Shown: positions 10,901 to 21,986, numbered from the stretch's first letter. The stretch: DNA of 47,378 nucleotides from Nemertoderma westbladi (GCA_032718475.1 JAUCBJ010002175.1:1-47378); one strand, 5' to 3'. Notes: generated from the sequence alone by a model not told the origin. A program made the numbers and translations.

Positions 10901-12874
10901 CCTACTTTCCCTTACTGTGCCTTTGAATTGTTGAACAGTCTCCTGCATCTGTCCGAGCAGGAGATCCATCCCCCGCCGTCTCTCGTCCACCCATTCGACC
11001 GCCGAAGCGGGAGTCGCCAACGTTGTAGCGGGCGGACGAGGGACAACGGGCGACAAATCATGAATATTTCGCTCGGGGTCCAGGACCTGAACTGTCTCCT
11101 GGGCAGTTCTACTGGGCACAGGTAGCTTAGTGCTATGCAGAGGGAATTTAGAGGTAGCTTCAGGGAGCACAGGTGTATCTATCACCGAAGGGGTGATTTC
11201 AAGAACAGGCCCAATTATTTCAGGCTCATCTACTATAGTAGGGAGTCTTTCTATTTTAATTGTTTGGTCTGTGGGTTCTGTACTACCTAAGTTGGTGTTA
11301 TTTAGTTGCCTTCTAACAGCTGGAGGCAAATCAGGCAATTTCTGACGGTGGAATGTTCTTTTACGTCTGCTTAGACGAGATCTATTTCCTTTGCCTTCAG
11401 TATCGGTGGTATCGCCTTCCTCAGATGATGTATATCCCTGCCTTTTGGGAGTAGATCGATTCATCATCTGCATATTACTAGCTGTTAACTGTTTATTTAT
11501 GCAGTCTTGATTCTCCTGAATGTTTTCCAATTCTAATTGGGTGGTTTCTTCAGCCGCTCTCCGTTCTGCTTCTGCCACTGCCTCCGCCACTTTTCTTTCC
11601 GCTTCGGCCGCTGCCTTTGCCTCTGCCACTTTTGCCTCTGCCGCTGCCTCTTTTCTTTCTGCTTCTGCAGCTGCCACTGCTGCTGCTACTGCCGCTGCCT
11701 TTCTGTCTTCTATACGTTTTTTCTTTACTTGTTCTTCTTGGACTCTGGTGATGCGGAGTTGTTCATCAAATTTAGCCTGGTTCGCAGCCCTCATTTCCAC
11801 ATCGATGGCATCCAACACAAGCTTGGTTCCTTCACTATTAGGGCTAAGTCCCTCTAACCTTCTCCTCAACTCGTCATCACCTAAAAAACGTTGATAGTCT
11901 GACAGATAGATGTCAATGGCATCCCTCTTATGCGGTTTCTCTGCCGTCGCTTCACTTTCCACTTGGGAAAAAGTAGCATCTGTTGATTCTCCATGGGTTG
12001 AGCGCTCCTCCAGCTGAGCTTTCCACCGAGCTGCTCCCTGAACTTGGCGACTCACCCGTTGAAACCAAGTCTTTACGGCAACTTGCAACGACGTGTCTTG
12101 TCTTCTTTTAGAAGCCTCTTCAAAGGCTGATAATATTAGCCTGATTCGCAGAATTCTTTCTCTAACTTGATAAAGCAGTTGTCCCTGCTCCTGAGGTCCT
12201 TGAGGTTGTTGTAACAGTTGTTTTTCTACTCGCTCCATAGAGCTGAAGAATCCCTGTGCGTATCCGGCTGCGGACCTCTTCCACACAGCTGGATCGATGG
12301 TTTCCTTGGCTACTCCCATCCGGTGTATGTCTTCCCAGGCAGCTTCTGATAAATCAAACGGGAGTCCGGGTCCGGGGAAGTTCCATTGCGACTCGACAAT
12401 AGACTTCAGTTCTTCCCTCGTGTATCCCGCATAATTATCTTTAGTTGATCGTTGACTTCTCGCCCAATCGATCTGGTGTTCTTCCACTGCAATCAATAAC
12501 CTAGTGAGTACGGCTGCAGGAAGGATGAGAAGGGGATCCGAATAAACCGCTTCCGTCATCTTTGCTCCGCGCTCGGGTGTCAGCTCTACAGTATCCTCAC
12601 TACTGGAGCTGTTGGGCCGTTGAGAAATAAGTTCTTGGCTAGCGGGTTGTTGCTGTTCTGCTGCTTCTTGGTCCCGCTTGACCTGAGCTCGAGTGCCTAT
12701 GATAGACCTACGATGTTGGACCAGCCTAGGTTCCGTTATTACTACTGGAGGGATGACCTTCCTCACAGTGGGAGGTGAACTGAACTTACGACTAGACGGT
12801 TCTACGCCTCTATCTGAGTCGCAGATAGTTACATCTAATAAACTGTCTGACAGGTTCTGCTTAGTATCAGACAT
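7961..12874 (-). CDS. BEL/Pao Gag-aspartic protease polyprotein, 1637 aa, with RT and most of RNase H deleted and no integrase
   Basis: DUF1759-like capsid region (FNGDEMKWLPF...LSNGEKLRFLIECLEG), three Cys/His knuckles (CVLCDGPHRLNMC, CYNCLRRGHQRRTC, CAKCGAKHHILLH), protease NALLDSGS...ILIG...TRVGWYLTGP, then directly the RNase H C-terminal motif QWRYCPKKFNPTDIASRG and the YSSWNRL linker. Confidence 0.92.
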   Translation of the reverse strand: MSDTKQNLSDSLLDVTICDSDRGVEPSSRKFSSPPTVRKVIPPVVITEPRLVQHRRSIIGTRAQVKRDQEAAEQQQPASQELISQRPNSSSSEDTVELTPERGAKMTEAVYSDPLLILPAAVLTRLLIAVEEHQIDWARSQRSTKDNYAGYTREELKSIVESQWNFPGPGLPFDLSEAAWEDIHRMGVAKETIDPAVWKRSAAGYAQGFFSSMERVEKQLLQQPQGPQEQGQLLYQVRERILRIRLILSAFEEASKRRQDTSLQVAVKTWFQRVSRQVQGAARWKAQLEERSTHGESTDATFSQVESEATAEKPHKRDAIDIYLSDYQRFLGDDELRRRLEGLSPNSEGTKLVLDAIDVEMRAANQAKFDEQLRITRVQEEQVKKKRIEDRKAAAVAAAVAAAEAERKEAAAEAKVAEAKAAAEAERKVAEAVAEAERRAAEETTQLELENIQENQDCINKQLTASNMQMMNRSTPKRQGYTSSEEGDTTDTEGKGNRSRLSRRKRTFHRQKLPDLPPAVRRQLNNTNLGSTEPTDQTIKIERLPTIVDEPEIIGPVLEITPSVIDTPVLPEATSKFPLHSTKLPVPSRTAQETVQVLDPERNIHDLSPVVPRPPATTLATPASAVEWVDERRRGMDLLLGQMQETVQQFKGTVRESRLELQEVQQSIALERDKLVNAQKGIPPPSVTMCQPVRSEVSHAQGVEPTRIYTASEVETPIVNPIKGNYRPVDNDIPYRTDHNPRNLYTDNSILNNTMAQESFTRQMARTEARQAVKVGEIVKFNGDEMKWLPFNEYYKDNIQNSVLSNGEKLRFLIECLEGSPKLMALRFIGHPDGLRQVWDTLNIRYGNRNNIAGYLYAKLVAPRKFISSGIIEFSDEIQEICRQLDWLGKSHEYQSAMVIRAVASTLPKGGVGTRWDKKVLYMMEQQRRDPTMADLMSFLDGEVKLQLLRQSREKTLENKVSEKPVSRRRVTPVCYTDDGESQTSQGEDSGKDTKRSYYGNKAPIEQVSKFKSRSNDRREPVRKTPPTSPKRIHVRKPEERTSVHHTAQVKVSNIKPKCVLCDGPHRLNMCDEFLKKSLKERREVMWDKRLCYNCLRRGHQRRTCYSDARCAKCGAKHHILLHTEFERNSPSQVSESELHVQFSDVNDTDQSEMEGFYTDEFSDQNESCYLINTTAVYRALVHEKDTDSDLTLTTSDQQQSWKAPTYNIGIREFPVVQLRVHGPQKSYIVNALLDSGSTGTFIDKELAEVIFAGQPKFRTKLNMSGIMQVWNSTVAADYYIGELSTPQDKPGEYSIRSVKMVAIKNFATTQVEPYNWDEDDHAQQLNIPRFDTDYPGVQILIGQNAHEALETLEKRPAQPQPLQTYAVRTRVGWYLTGPSRRTLRERLLQDHVRQVSEWEDDTSEGDDPTEGTPYSSDNDDISSNVDQWRYCPKKFNPTDIASRGATPQELTDTTDRLGEPDFLSKEDEWPPHLTPTEIRPAKGAEKVKPKTRTGGSELFEPGIDLSVLHIARDDAVDLDLPTASGSFMKIRESDWSSGTSDVSQGLSPLLQGATDHYSSWNRLCKAVVYLERCFYRHYSRTKRKPGIVFGMQRLNHPVGRLCLPEGNGGLSGNCGRQDSLPTTTSLILQTSRDSIT

Positions 12875-13004
12875 GTTTATGTGTACAGTTGAATGTCTAC
12901 TGCTGTATTACAGTCTGAGCAAGTCTAGTAACTCAGTATTAACTGCTAGCCTAGTAATTAATTACCGGTACTGCTACTCAGTGCAGCGTGATATATATAA
13001 TGTA

Positions 13005-13262
13005 TTAGAATACCGGTATGCTTATAGTATATATAACTATATAAGTATTATTACAGACTAGGTTTATCACAGAATACCGGTATAATTTTAGCACAAATAT
13101 ATATAAATATATAATAGGCCTATCGGGAATACCGGTATACAGCTTACAGTTTGTAGTATATATAAGTATAATTCTGGACTAGAATTAATTATAAAGTACC
13201 GGTATAATTTCAGCCTAAATTTATAGAAATAAAGATAATAGGCCTATCGTAAATACCGGTAT
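13005..13262. repeat. Tandem duplication (about 120 bp) in the LTR element leader
   Basis: Recurring ataccggtat...tatataagtat...gactag...accggtataattt...ataggcctatcg blocks. Confidence 0.75.
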
Positions 13263-14194
13263 ATCAATTATTTTAAATAATTGAATTTCTGAATTTTAGG
13301 GTTACTTGGTTACTTTACTTACTTTATTACCGTTATTTGAGCAGTAGTCCAACTGATATTGAGACCTAATGGTTGTATGGTAGGCCTACTATTTATAAAT
13401 CGTTAGATTTGATTTATAATATATATATACCCGTTTTAATGGGTTTTGTCAATGTTTGAAATAAATGTTATTATTTCTGGGGAGTAATCACTACACAAAG
13501 CGGTGCGCTTTCAGTGAAGTGTTACTTATAGGACACAAAAACAAATAATTCTAATTTACCTAAGTTACTTAATACTACAAATTACGTACAATTCGGGTGA
13601 GATTACAATATCTAAATAAACACAAAAATTTACAAAAACACAAAATACGAATTTTCAGGGTAATTTTACAAGAAGTCTACAAACCAGCCTAACAAAGGGT
13701 TAGAAATCTGGTTATTACAACGGACAGGGTACTACGGTATTTGAAATAATAAGTAGTAGTAAATACACTGCGTTGTCTAGATAGGAAAATACCACCGCCT
13801 GACGACCTATAGCCGTATCGCTATAGGTACTACGTTATGTATCACGGAGTGTTCCTACCTAGAAGTTAATAGAGCTAATCGAAAGTGCCTATCAACCACT
13901 TTACAACACAAATATAATGCCTACACTAATTACTCTCGGAAAGCACTGTACACTAAACCCTAAATTAGGTACGAGTACTTGTACAACATATAATCAGTAG
14001 TTAAATATACTTGAACAGCTAAAAGAACCACGGCATCTGCTGGAGTGACCAGTGCACAAAATCACCAGTCTTTACCTACGCCAAGCAGCCCGTGTAGTAC
14101 CGGGGTTAATTTAACTATAGCGGTATGTATAACAAACACAATTACTGTAGGAATAAACTTGGGGAATGGATGTTGCGAATAATCGCATAAACTC

Positions 14195-14775
14195 TGAATA
14201 ATAAATATTACGCTACGCGTACAAACCACTCAAACAAAATGCAGACCAAACACTGACAGACTACTATCAAGCCTAAATAAACTACAGGACATGCAGACTC
14301 CGAAATGATTAGGTAGTATGCGTTCTAACCCAGTAGTACGACTTATTCTTTAGTTGGGGGTTTACCTTACAGCATTGGCTGCCCCTACTTCCTAACCGTT
14401 CTTTATCGGACAGAGGCTCTATACACACTGCAATCTGTTCAGACCTAATAACAGCCAGACAACTATCCAGCCTACAAATTATCTAAATAAATATTATACG
14501 CTACCCGTACAGACTTACACAAACAAAGTACAGACTAAACGATGGCAGACTACTCTCAAGCCTAAATAAACTACAGGACATGCAGACTCCGAAATGATTA
14601 GGTAGTATGCGTTCTAACCCAGTAGTACGACTTATTCTTTAGTTGGGGGTTTACCTTACAGCATTGGCTGCCCCTACTTCCTAACCGTTCTTTATCGGAC
14701 AGGTGATCTACACACACTGCAATCCGTTCAGACTTAACAACAATCAGACAACAGCTCAGCCTACAAATTGTCTGT
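14195..14775. repeat. 289-bp tandem duplication in the leader with a 147-bp identical core
   Basis: 14267-14413 is identical to 14556-14702; the flanking parts of the units are diverged. Confidence 0.9.
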
Positions 14776-15042
14776 ACAATCTGATCAGGCTTACACGCCT
14801 TCTGTTCAATACTGGCCTACAAACAAATAAAACTTGACAGAAATAAGTAAAAATCTCAATAAAAAACCAGGGCGGGCCCTCCCTGATTAATTATTAAGGC
14901 CTACCGGTATATAATTATCAAAATCGAATAATACTGCTGTACCTGTACTGCTGTAGGTACCGGTCCGGGTGGTTAGGTAGTCAGGCCTACTGGGTACCGG
15001 TTGCCGGTACTTCAGCTTTATTGCCTACTGCAATACAGAAGC

Positions 15043-15054
15043 TATATCCGTTAT
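15043..15054 (-). promoter_or_regulatory. PBS position, non-tRNA type, complementary to the element's own LTR
   Basis: Minus strand ATAACGGATATA directly abuts the 5' LTR end with no TGG; the LTR minus strand carries TATATCCGTTAT at 15793-15804 and 4443-4454. Confidence 0.6.
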
Positions 15055-16246
15055 TGTTCGCGCTTTCAGACCTTTGGCAGTTTAACCCGCCAAATTAGGA
15101 TGTCTTCTAGATAATAAATCACTTTTAGCCTCTGACAAGTATTTGATTCACTACACTAGTCGAAACCAATCGGTGCGCGATCATTCACCCGCTGGATATA
15201 CCCGGGAGATTGGGTTCGACGGCTTAATCGTATTGCTATGTAAGCCTAATGTATTATTCGACTGACAGTATTATATAATCTCTGACAATATTATTCACCT
15301 TCGGGGAATATTAACAGTTCCTTTAGGACGTGGCGCTCTATCTATATAAATAGAGTTATGACTTAAACTACTCACAACGATATGGCTTAGTTACAATTCA
15401 CATATATGGCGCATTCTTTAGGAAATGCTTCGTTATCAGTCTCACTCATACACAATGCTGCACAATACTGCACACTGATCTGCCGATCTTCACTGATTTT
15501 AGTCACATATAAAAGGAACACGGACCGAATCATGTAGGGTCTATCAAATAACATTAGATTCACTTCAAACCACTTTAACATAAGTCACAATCGTTATATG
15601 TAACCTTTCTCTCTTACCTTCGGTATATCAAGAATATTGGGTTTTCGGGGTTATTTATCGTTATTCCAAATATAATAATTCATCAACCATATTGTGAAGA
15701 ACTGACAGTAAATAGCAGTATAACAATATAAAAGTATGCACAGGTTGTTTGATTAGGTATGGTATGTTATGTATGTTATGAGTTGAGTTGAGATAACGGA
15801 TATATGTCCTTATAATTAAGCCTACTAGTGTAAGACTAAAAACTGAAAACACGGAGGTGCCAAAAGCCGGTTCTTAGGCTCTGGGCAAAACATAACACTG
15901 AACTACTGAGTTTCTGTATACACCTCCAACACAGAGACAACAAACGCTCTGATTGGTCAACCTGAACAACGAGAGAACAAAGAAACAAAGAAACGTCGAC
16001 GTGGCAATATCAGCTGTTAGCCGTCGCCATGGTAGCGACACTGTTTTCAAGAGTATCCAGCTTATCGCGTCACGAGATTACGGATTATGTCCTCTAAAGT
16101 ACAAATACAGTACAAATACAGAAGAAATTACTTTTATGTCCTCTAAAACACCAGTACAGCAAGGACACGGCCTTTTTATGCCTGGCAAACCAACTATAGA
16201 GTACTTTAAGGGAAAATAACCGGTTAATGACGCAAAAGCTTTTACA
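15055..16246 (-). repeat. 5' LTR
   Basis: Direct repeat of 3705-4896 at offset 11350; lies upstream of the gag ORF on the minus strand. Confidence 0.95.
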
Positions 16247-17714
16247 GAAAGTCTGGTATTCTTTACATGGGTCAGATAATCCCACCTCATATCTGATAAA
16301 AAAAATTATGATTCCTCAGAGATGGAGCGCACTTTACGCTAGATGCTATCTTCCTATCTTATGTGAATAACCTAACCTACTGTAAGTCTGTAAGGTGTAA
16401 TGCGTAAATAAATACAGTATAGTCAGTGATGTAATTCTTACCTCAATGATATTTTAAATTTCAATAGGCCTATATATAATTTAAATTCGATATACTGTAC
16501 TGTAAGCTTACAGTTAAGCGTACAGACGACCACAGATACCTCTAGAACACAGAGCTGGAGATTTGTACTGTATATAGGAAAGGGAAAGTGCTGTAGAAGA
16601 TACAAAAAAATACACCAGGAGTGCGAATACCCTAGGGACATTTAACCGGGGAGTGAAAATTTTATGTTACACCGGTAGTGCAAACAAACCATGGCCGTTA
16701 CTAAGCCTAGCTAGATACGATTAATACTGTAATACAGGATAGATGACTTGGAAGAAGTCATTTTGTTATACCTGTGCATCTTTTGAAGGTGTACCGGTAT
16801 AATTCATCTGTGCCATATATTCCTGATTCATTGAGAGTTACAGTAATTTTACGAGATTTAGACTGAGTTCTCACCGTTTAAAAACCGAGCTGGGACGCTG
16901 GTCTCGCATTCCCAGAGAGCAGCTCTATTCCTATAGCGGTGGCGAAGTTCAGTCAGAAGCTAATATGTACTTTTATATTGTCCGAATGTCCGTTTACCAA
17001 TTATATCAGGGTAATTTTTGACGCGTTAAATTACAACAGTCTAAATTATCTAATGCAGTTAAGGGCGGATATGGGTCTACTATCATTATGTAGAGTTATC
17101 TTTGAATTTTGAGGTATTTTAATAATACGGAAAATGTTTGTTAATTGTTTATCTATCAAGTATCTATGGACATAATTTTGGGTTTTACTGTGTTAATGAT
17201 TTTTGGTATATTTGTTTATTTATGCATTTATTTACCGTGATTTGGTTGAAATTGAAATTGTTTTGTTTAATGACATATTCGTTAAAGGTACTGCTGTACT
17301 GGTAATATAGTTAGTTAAACACATTAAAATTTGCACTCAGCCATGCTAGATAAAAAGCACCACAGAGATGTGCTGTGTAAATAATACTTAAATAAAATTA
17401 AATTTAAAATTGACAAACTGAACATGAATATTAAATGACGTAATGGTAAAATTGAATACACACTTATACGGTATATGGTTAATTCTATCTAATACATACT
17501 TTATGATAATCAAACGAAATAAAACTGCAATATTTAAAATATATGTACTTAATAATTTTTTTATTTCAACTATAAGTTTTATCAAGTAATAAAGAGTGCT
17601 AATTATAATTAGGAAAAATAACTTAATTTATTTACTTGGTGACAATGGAAGGCGGGGTATAGACATCATTAAATGTGTTTTTCCAAGAACCGCTGCAATG
17701 CATAATTAAATTTA

Positions 17715-17823
17715 CGGTTTCTACATTCGATTTAAATACATTTAGGGAATTAGCGAGGACTACTTTAGGTGGTAAACTGTTCCACACGGATATCCTACGG
17801 ACACTGAAATGGTTCTGGTTACT
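17715..17823 (-). mobile_element. CR1-type LINE, extreme 3' fragment
   Basis: Minus strand translates as NHFSVRRISVWNSLPPKVVLANSLNVFKS, the conserved WNSLP C-terminal motif. Confidence 0.75.
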
Positions 17824-18759
17824 GGGTTATACTGTATGTGTTGCTTATTATGTATGTGATGTGTGTACTTAATTTGTTACTACTGTAGAGACGGGCCTAG
17901 CGGCCCGTGAAGCAAGTCGTAGGAGACAGTACGAATCAAGTAAACGCTTTTTGATCTGTCTGATAATCAATTAGTGTGAGGGTAGTCCCGGTGGTGTACG
18001 AAAATTTTTCTAGACAACTTCAAACTATAATTATTATGTTGTAATCATCTAATGAATTATAAAAGCTGTTGTGATTATAGAAGATAGAGAGCAGTTAGCG
18101 AAATGATTATTTTATTCTATCGGATAGAGTAGTCGGAGTCTCAGAGGAGTCGAGGTGTCAATTGATTAATAATAATAACAGCAGTTGTCATGAATTCAAT
18201 ACAATCGCGCACAAGAAGTGATAAGACAAATTCGTTCTTATTTTTGTAATAAATAAAACAAGTTGAGATGTTTCAATGTAAACCGCGATTAACAATTTAC
18301 ACTGTTCAATGTAAACCACGATATTAATTAAATATAACAATTATATTATTATTATAACAGATTTTTATATTTCAAACAATAATGTTAGCCTTATGGAGAA
18401 TCATTTTGAGGCTGAGTAAACATTCAGCCTTATAAGCATAGAGCCTCCACAGTATTAATGTTGGCACAAAGATTTCAAAATAAAACAATAATGCGATGAG
18501 AGCATAGTACAATACACTGTGTAGCCAACACACTGTTTAACTAACAGTTATTTAGCTTGCACGCCAATTAATTAACATAGCAAGGATGCTTTGGGAAGAG
18601 TTATTCAGCTGAAACTGTAATAGCCAGTTAAACAAATTAATGTTTGCTTACTGTCTGAGTTGTATAGTAGAGTGATAATATAACTTGGCAGAGAAAGTAC
18701 TTCTTTGTTAGTTGGCCTTCCTATTGAATGCATTACCAGGCCATCTCTATACATTTTTC

Positions 18760-19050
18760 ATGAGTGCCAGCTGGTGTTTTATCATTGCGCCTATGGCAAT
18801 TTTAGTGTTTTGGGGCTAATTTTCGAAATAAAACAAGTTGAGATATTTCAATTTAAACCGCGATTTCACAAGTACCTTTAGAAATCCATTTTCATGGTCC
18901 ATGCAAAATTTAATCAAAATCGTTAGAGCCGTTTTTGCTCTAGGTCAGAGTAGCCAGTAGCCAGTAGTCAGTAGCCAGTAGCCAGTAGCCAGTAGTCAGT
19001 AGTCAGTAGCTTTTTTTTCTTACAGTAATCAAGTCTAACGACTTGCTAAT
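18760..19050 (+). mobile_element. Helitron/HINE-like non-autonomous repeat with a (CAGTAGC/T)n microsatellite
   Basis: aaaatttaatcaaaatcgttagagccgtt motif followed by a 7-bp repeat (18947-19010) and a small terminal hairpin caagtctaacgacttg. Confidence 0.45.
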
Positions 19051-19996
19051 TACTTTATTCCAGCTCACCAGTACTGCATTAGGCCTACTAGACTACCGGT
19101 ACGGGCAACCAGTCCATTACTGCAATATTTCAGTATTTAATTGACTGGATCTCTATTCTCTACGACTACCTGACTATGGACTACGATGCGTTATTCAGTT
19201 AAGATGTGAATAGGATGAAAATAAACAAAATGTGCAGTATCGTGGGACACCAATACAATGCGGGGATAATTTTTAAATTAGCTGCAGAATTTGCAATTGG
19301 GAATTTTAAAGTTAGCGTTAGCTGGTTAGACTTCTGGACTTAGAACTCTCCACATCCCAAAGTTTTATTCCCTGTGACCCTGTCTGACTGTAGAAATTCC
19401 CCGCGATTCTATTGGTGTCACATGATATTGCGCAGATCCGAGTCTTACGAAATATTTCGAGCCTGCTTAGTGATGGCTGTTTGTTATGGCTGACTGCCAT
19501 AACGCGTCGGTCGGTCGGTCGGGCAGTCGGGTGCGGTCGGTGTGGAATTGGTCATCGTAAACTGCTACTGCAGTACAACAGTACCGGTACGGTACTGTAT
19601 TTCAGCATTTATTATGATTGATTACTGGATTATGAAATCGAAACCGCTAAACAATGGGACCATAAAGTAAAAATGCTATATAATCAGTAATTCAGTACCG
19701 GTATCATTTCCTGATTTCTGCATTTAGATTTAATTCTACCCAAGACGTACCGGTACCGGTAACTGTACTCCGTTCGGTGGGTTCACTTTCTCTCGACGTT
19801 TTTCATATGAAACAGGTTGAAGGTTGAACAAATTCATAATTGAAGGTTGTGAACTACAGAACTAGACTCGGGAGCAGCCATACTGCCATAGCTCATAGCT
19901 GCATAGCTGTCAAAATTCAGTTCAGTCAGTCAGTGACATTCAAATTCGTGACTGCCTGACTGCCGGATTATATCACCACACATTCATTATCAGTCA

Positions 19997-20638
19997 TGGC
20001 GCAGTTTATGGTTTACCTACTTACGATCGGTTAATTGGTTAACCCAACCCAGATTGCTCCACGCACGCGTTCTGCAATGTCTACCGGCGCTCACAACGAC
20101 GCTCGCGATCCACGCACGTTTGTGCTCCCCAGCAACCCACCTCCATTCGACCTCGATACCGAACGTTCTACCTGGGAACTCTGGAAAGACGAATGGGAGG
20201 CTTTCCTAATAACATTTGGACTGGACAGTGGACAATCTACATTTGGCAGACGCCAACCCACCAGATCCGGATCTATCCGAGACATTCCTCCGTCTTACAA
20301 ACCGGCAGATACGCGCCGCCCTAACAACCGCATTCTCCCGGGCAACCAATGCCGTAGTCAAAGGGCTCACTCTCTCCTCTGCCGAGAACGCCAACGCGAA
20401 TGTCGTTATACATAAACTCAGCATCCATATCGATGGGGGAACGAATAAACGCATTCACCGACAAGAACTCACCCGCTGTTCTCGCCTTCCAGAGGAAACT
20501 CCCGAGACGTTTCTCGTTAATTTGCGCGATATCGCCACTAAGTGCTCCTTCGAGGCACTCCCGACAGCCGATGCGCATCTAACTGATCGACTCCTTGACC
20601 AGTTCATCGCCGGTCAATCCTCTCCGGTCCCGAACTAG
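19997..20638 (+). mobile_element. Ty3/Gypsy fragment: PBS-like site plus frameshifted gag N-terminus
   Basis: CA|TGGCGCAGT at 19995-20005; PPPFDLDTERSTWELWKDEWEAF then, in another frame, RLPEETPETFLVNLRDIATKCSF...LLDQFIAG, typical of gypsy capsid; truncated. Confidence 0.75.
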
Positions 20639-20942
20639 ACGACTGCCCCGTGGTCTCCTCTATGGAGGAACTGGAGCCACTGGAAACTGTAACCCTGAGC
20701 TTCCAAGTCTCCAAGAACTTACATAAAAGGGGTAGTTAAGTTAGGGTATGTTACTTTCGTGATGTGGTCCCATTCTGGCAGTTGCATCTATCTCTAGTAT
20801 TTTTCGTCCGGAAATTTTCAAAAGTTTTTATAGCTCACTAAAATAAATTTATTTGCGGTATACAGTATAGAGGTTTTTCTTTTTTTTTCTGATACAATTT
20901 CTCTGTAAGTTGAAATCGCAGTAATTAAATTTACATTACTGT

Positions 20943-21095
20943 ATATATGTGATTGTATTTGAGTGTATGTGATGGGGTCTGTTTGCATGTGATGGGTCTG
21001 TTTGTATGTGATGGGGTCTGTTTGTATGTGATGGGGTCTGTTTGTATGAGATAGGGTCTGTTTGTATGTGATGGGGTCTGTTTGTATGTGATAGG
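20943..21095. repeat. 20-bp minisatellite (gtatgtgatggggtctgttt), with further copies at 21390-21445
   Basis: Direct inspection. Confidence 0.9.
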
Positions 21096-21986
21096 TATTT
21101 TGATTTGATTTTTATTTTTTTTATATTTTCTCTGTTCATAATGACTGACCGTGTTTTACCATTTTATTTTTTTAGTTTGCAATATTTTTACTTAATTCCA
21201 ATAGAGATACGCTCGTAAGTGCAACATTGCCTGGGTTATCTTCTCCCTCCATACATATAATTGTTTAATTAAAGGTCTAATTCAATTTCATTTTGTGAAT
21301 ATGTATGTCATTAAGATTAATTTTAAATAATTAATTATTTTATTTGTCGGTGCAATTATTTGGAGTGCAATTACATTACATTACATAGTGTCTGTTTGTA
21401 TGCGATGGGGTCTGTTTGTATGTGATGTGGTCTGTTTGTATGTGAGTGACCTACATGGCAATTTTTGACTGTATGTGATTGTATGTCTCAAATCGAACTT
21501 GCCCTTAAAATGAAAGAAGGTCTAATCTAATTTATTGAATGGAATATGCCCTAATCGTTTATTTTAATGAAAGAATGGCATAATCTAATTTAGTATTACT
21601 AATTTATTGACACGTTAGAAGGTAATAATAAACTACAGAGCCCCTAAAGGGACCTTTGAAAAAATATTTTTTTCGTATGTTGTGCTTAGTATCTTAGTAC
21701 AACTTAGTACTTAGCTTAGTACAACTTAGTATCGTGCGGGACAAAGGCGAGGAACAAAGGTTGGGACAGCGGTTAAACAAACTGAGGAACAAAGGTTACT
21801 GGGTGGGTTAGGGCAGCAGTTAAACTAACAACTGATGAACAAAGGTTAGTGGGTAACGGTTAAACGAGTGAGAAACATGTGCACTGCTGGGGGTAAACGT
21901 TGGTAGATTTATGTTATTGCTGGTATTGTGTTATAAATTATGACAAATCATACACGTTCGTGGTTCCTTCGCGCAGCACGAGGCTC

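Larger units (their letters stand above)
3705..16246 (-). mobile_element. BEL/Pao LTR retrotransposon, internally deleted (non-autonomous), 12,542 bp
   Basis: Two 1192-bp direct LTRs with TG...CA ends, 5-bp TSD GAAAG (3700-3704 and 16247-16251), and a BEL-type gag-protease ORF on the minus strand. Confidence 0.95.
1530..16280. mobile_element. Non-autonomous TIR element (possibly Sola-like) carrying the 53-bp satellite, interrupted by the LTR element
   Basis: gcccatgtgaagaatacca (1538-1556) is the inverted copy of the satellite core tggtattcttcacatgggc; the array ends after the LTR element with tggtattctttacatgggtcag (about 16254-16275). Exact termini and TSD are not resolved. Confidence 0.5.

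Noticed and set aside
8289-13061. Plus-strand ORFs within the gag region
   Set aside because: Antisense shadows of the long minus-strand ORF
14267-14702. Self-cleaving ribozyme in the leader repeat
   Set aside because: No CUGANGA/GAAA hammerhead core or clear twister/HDV consensus recognised on either strand
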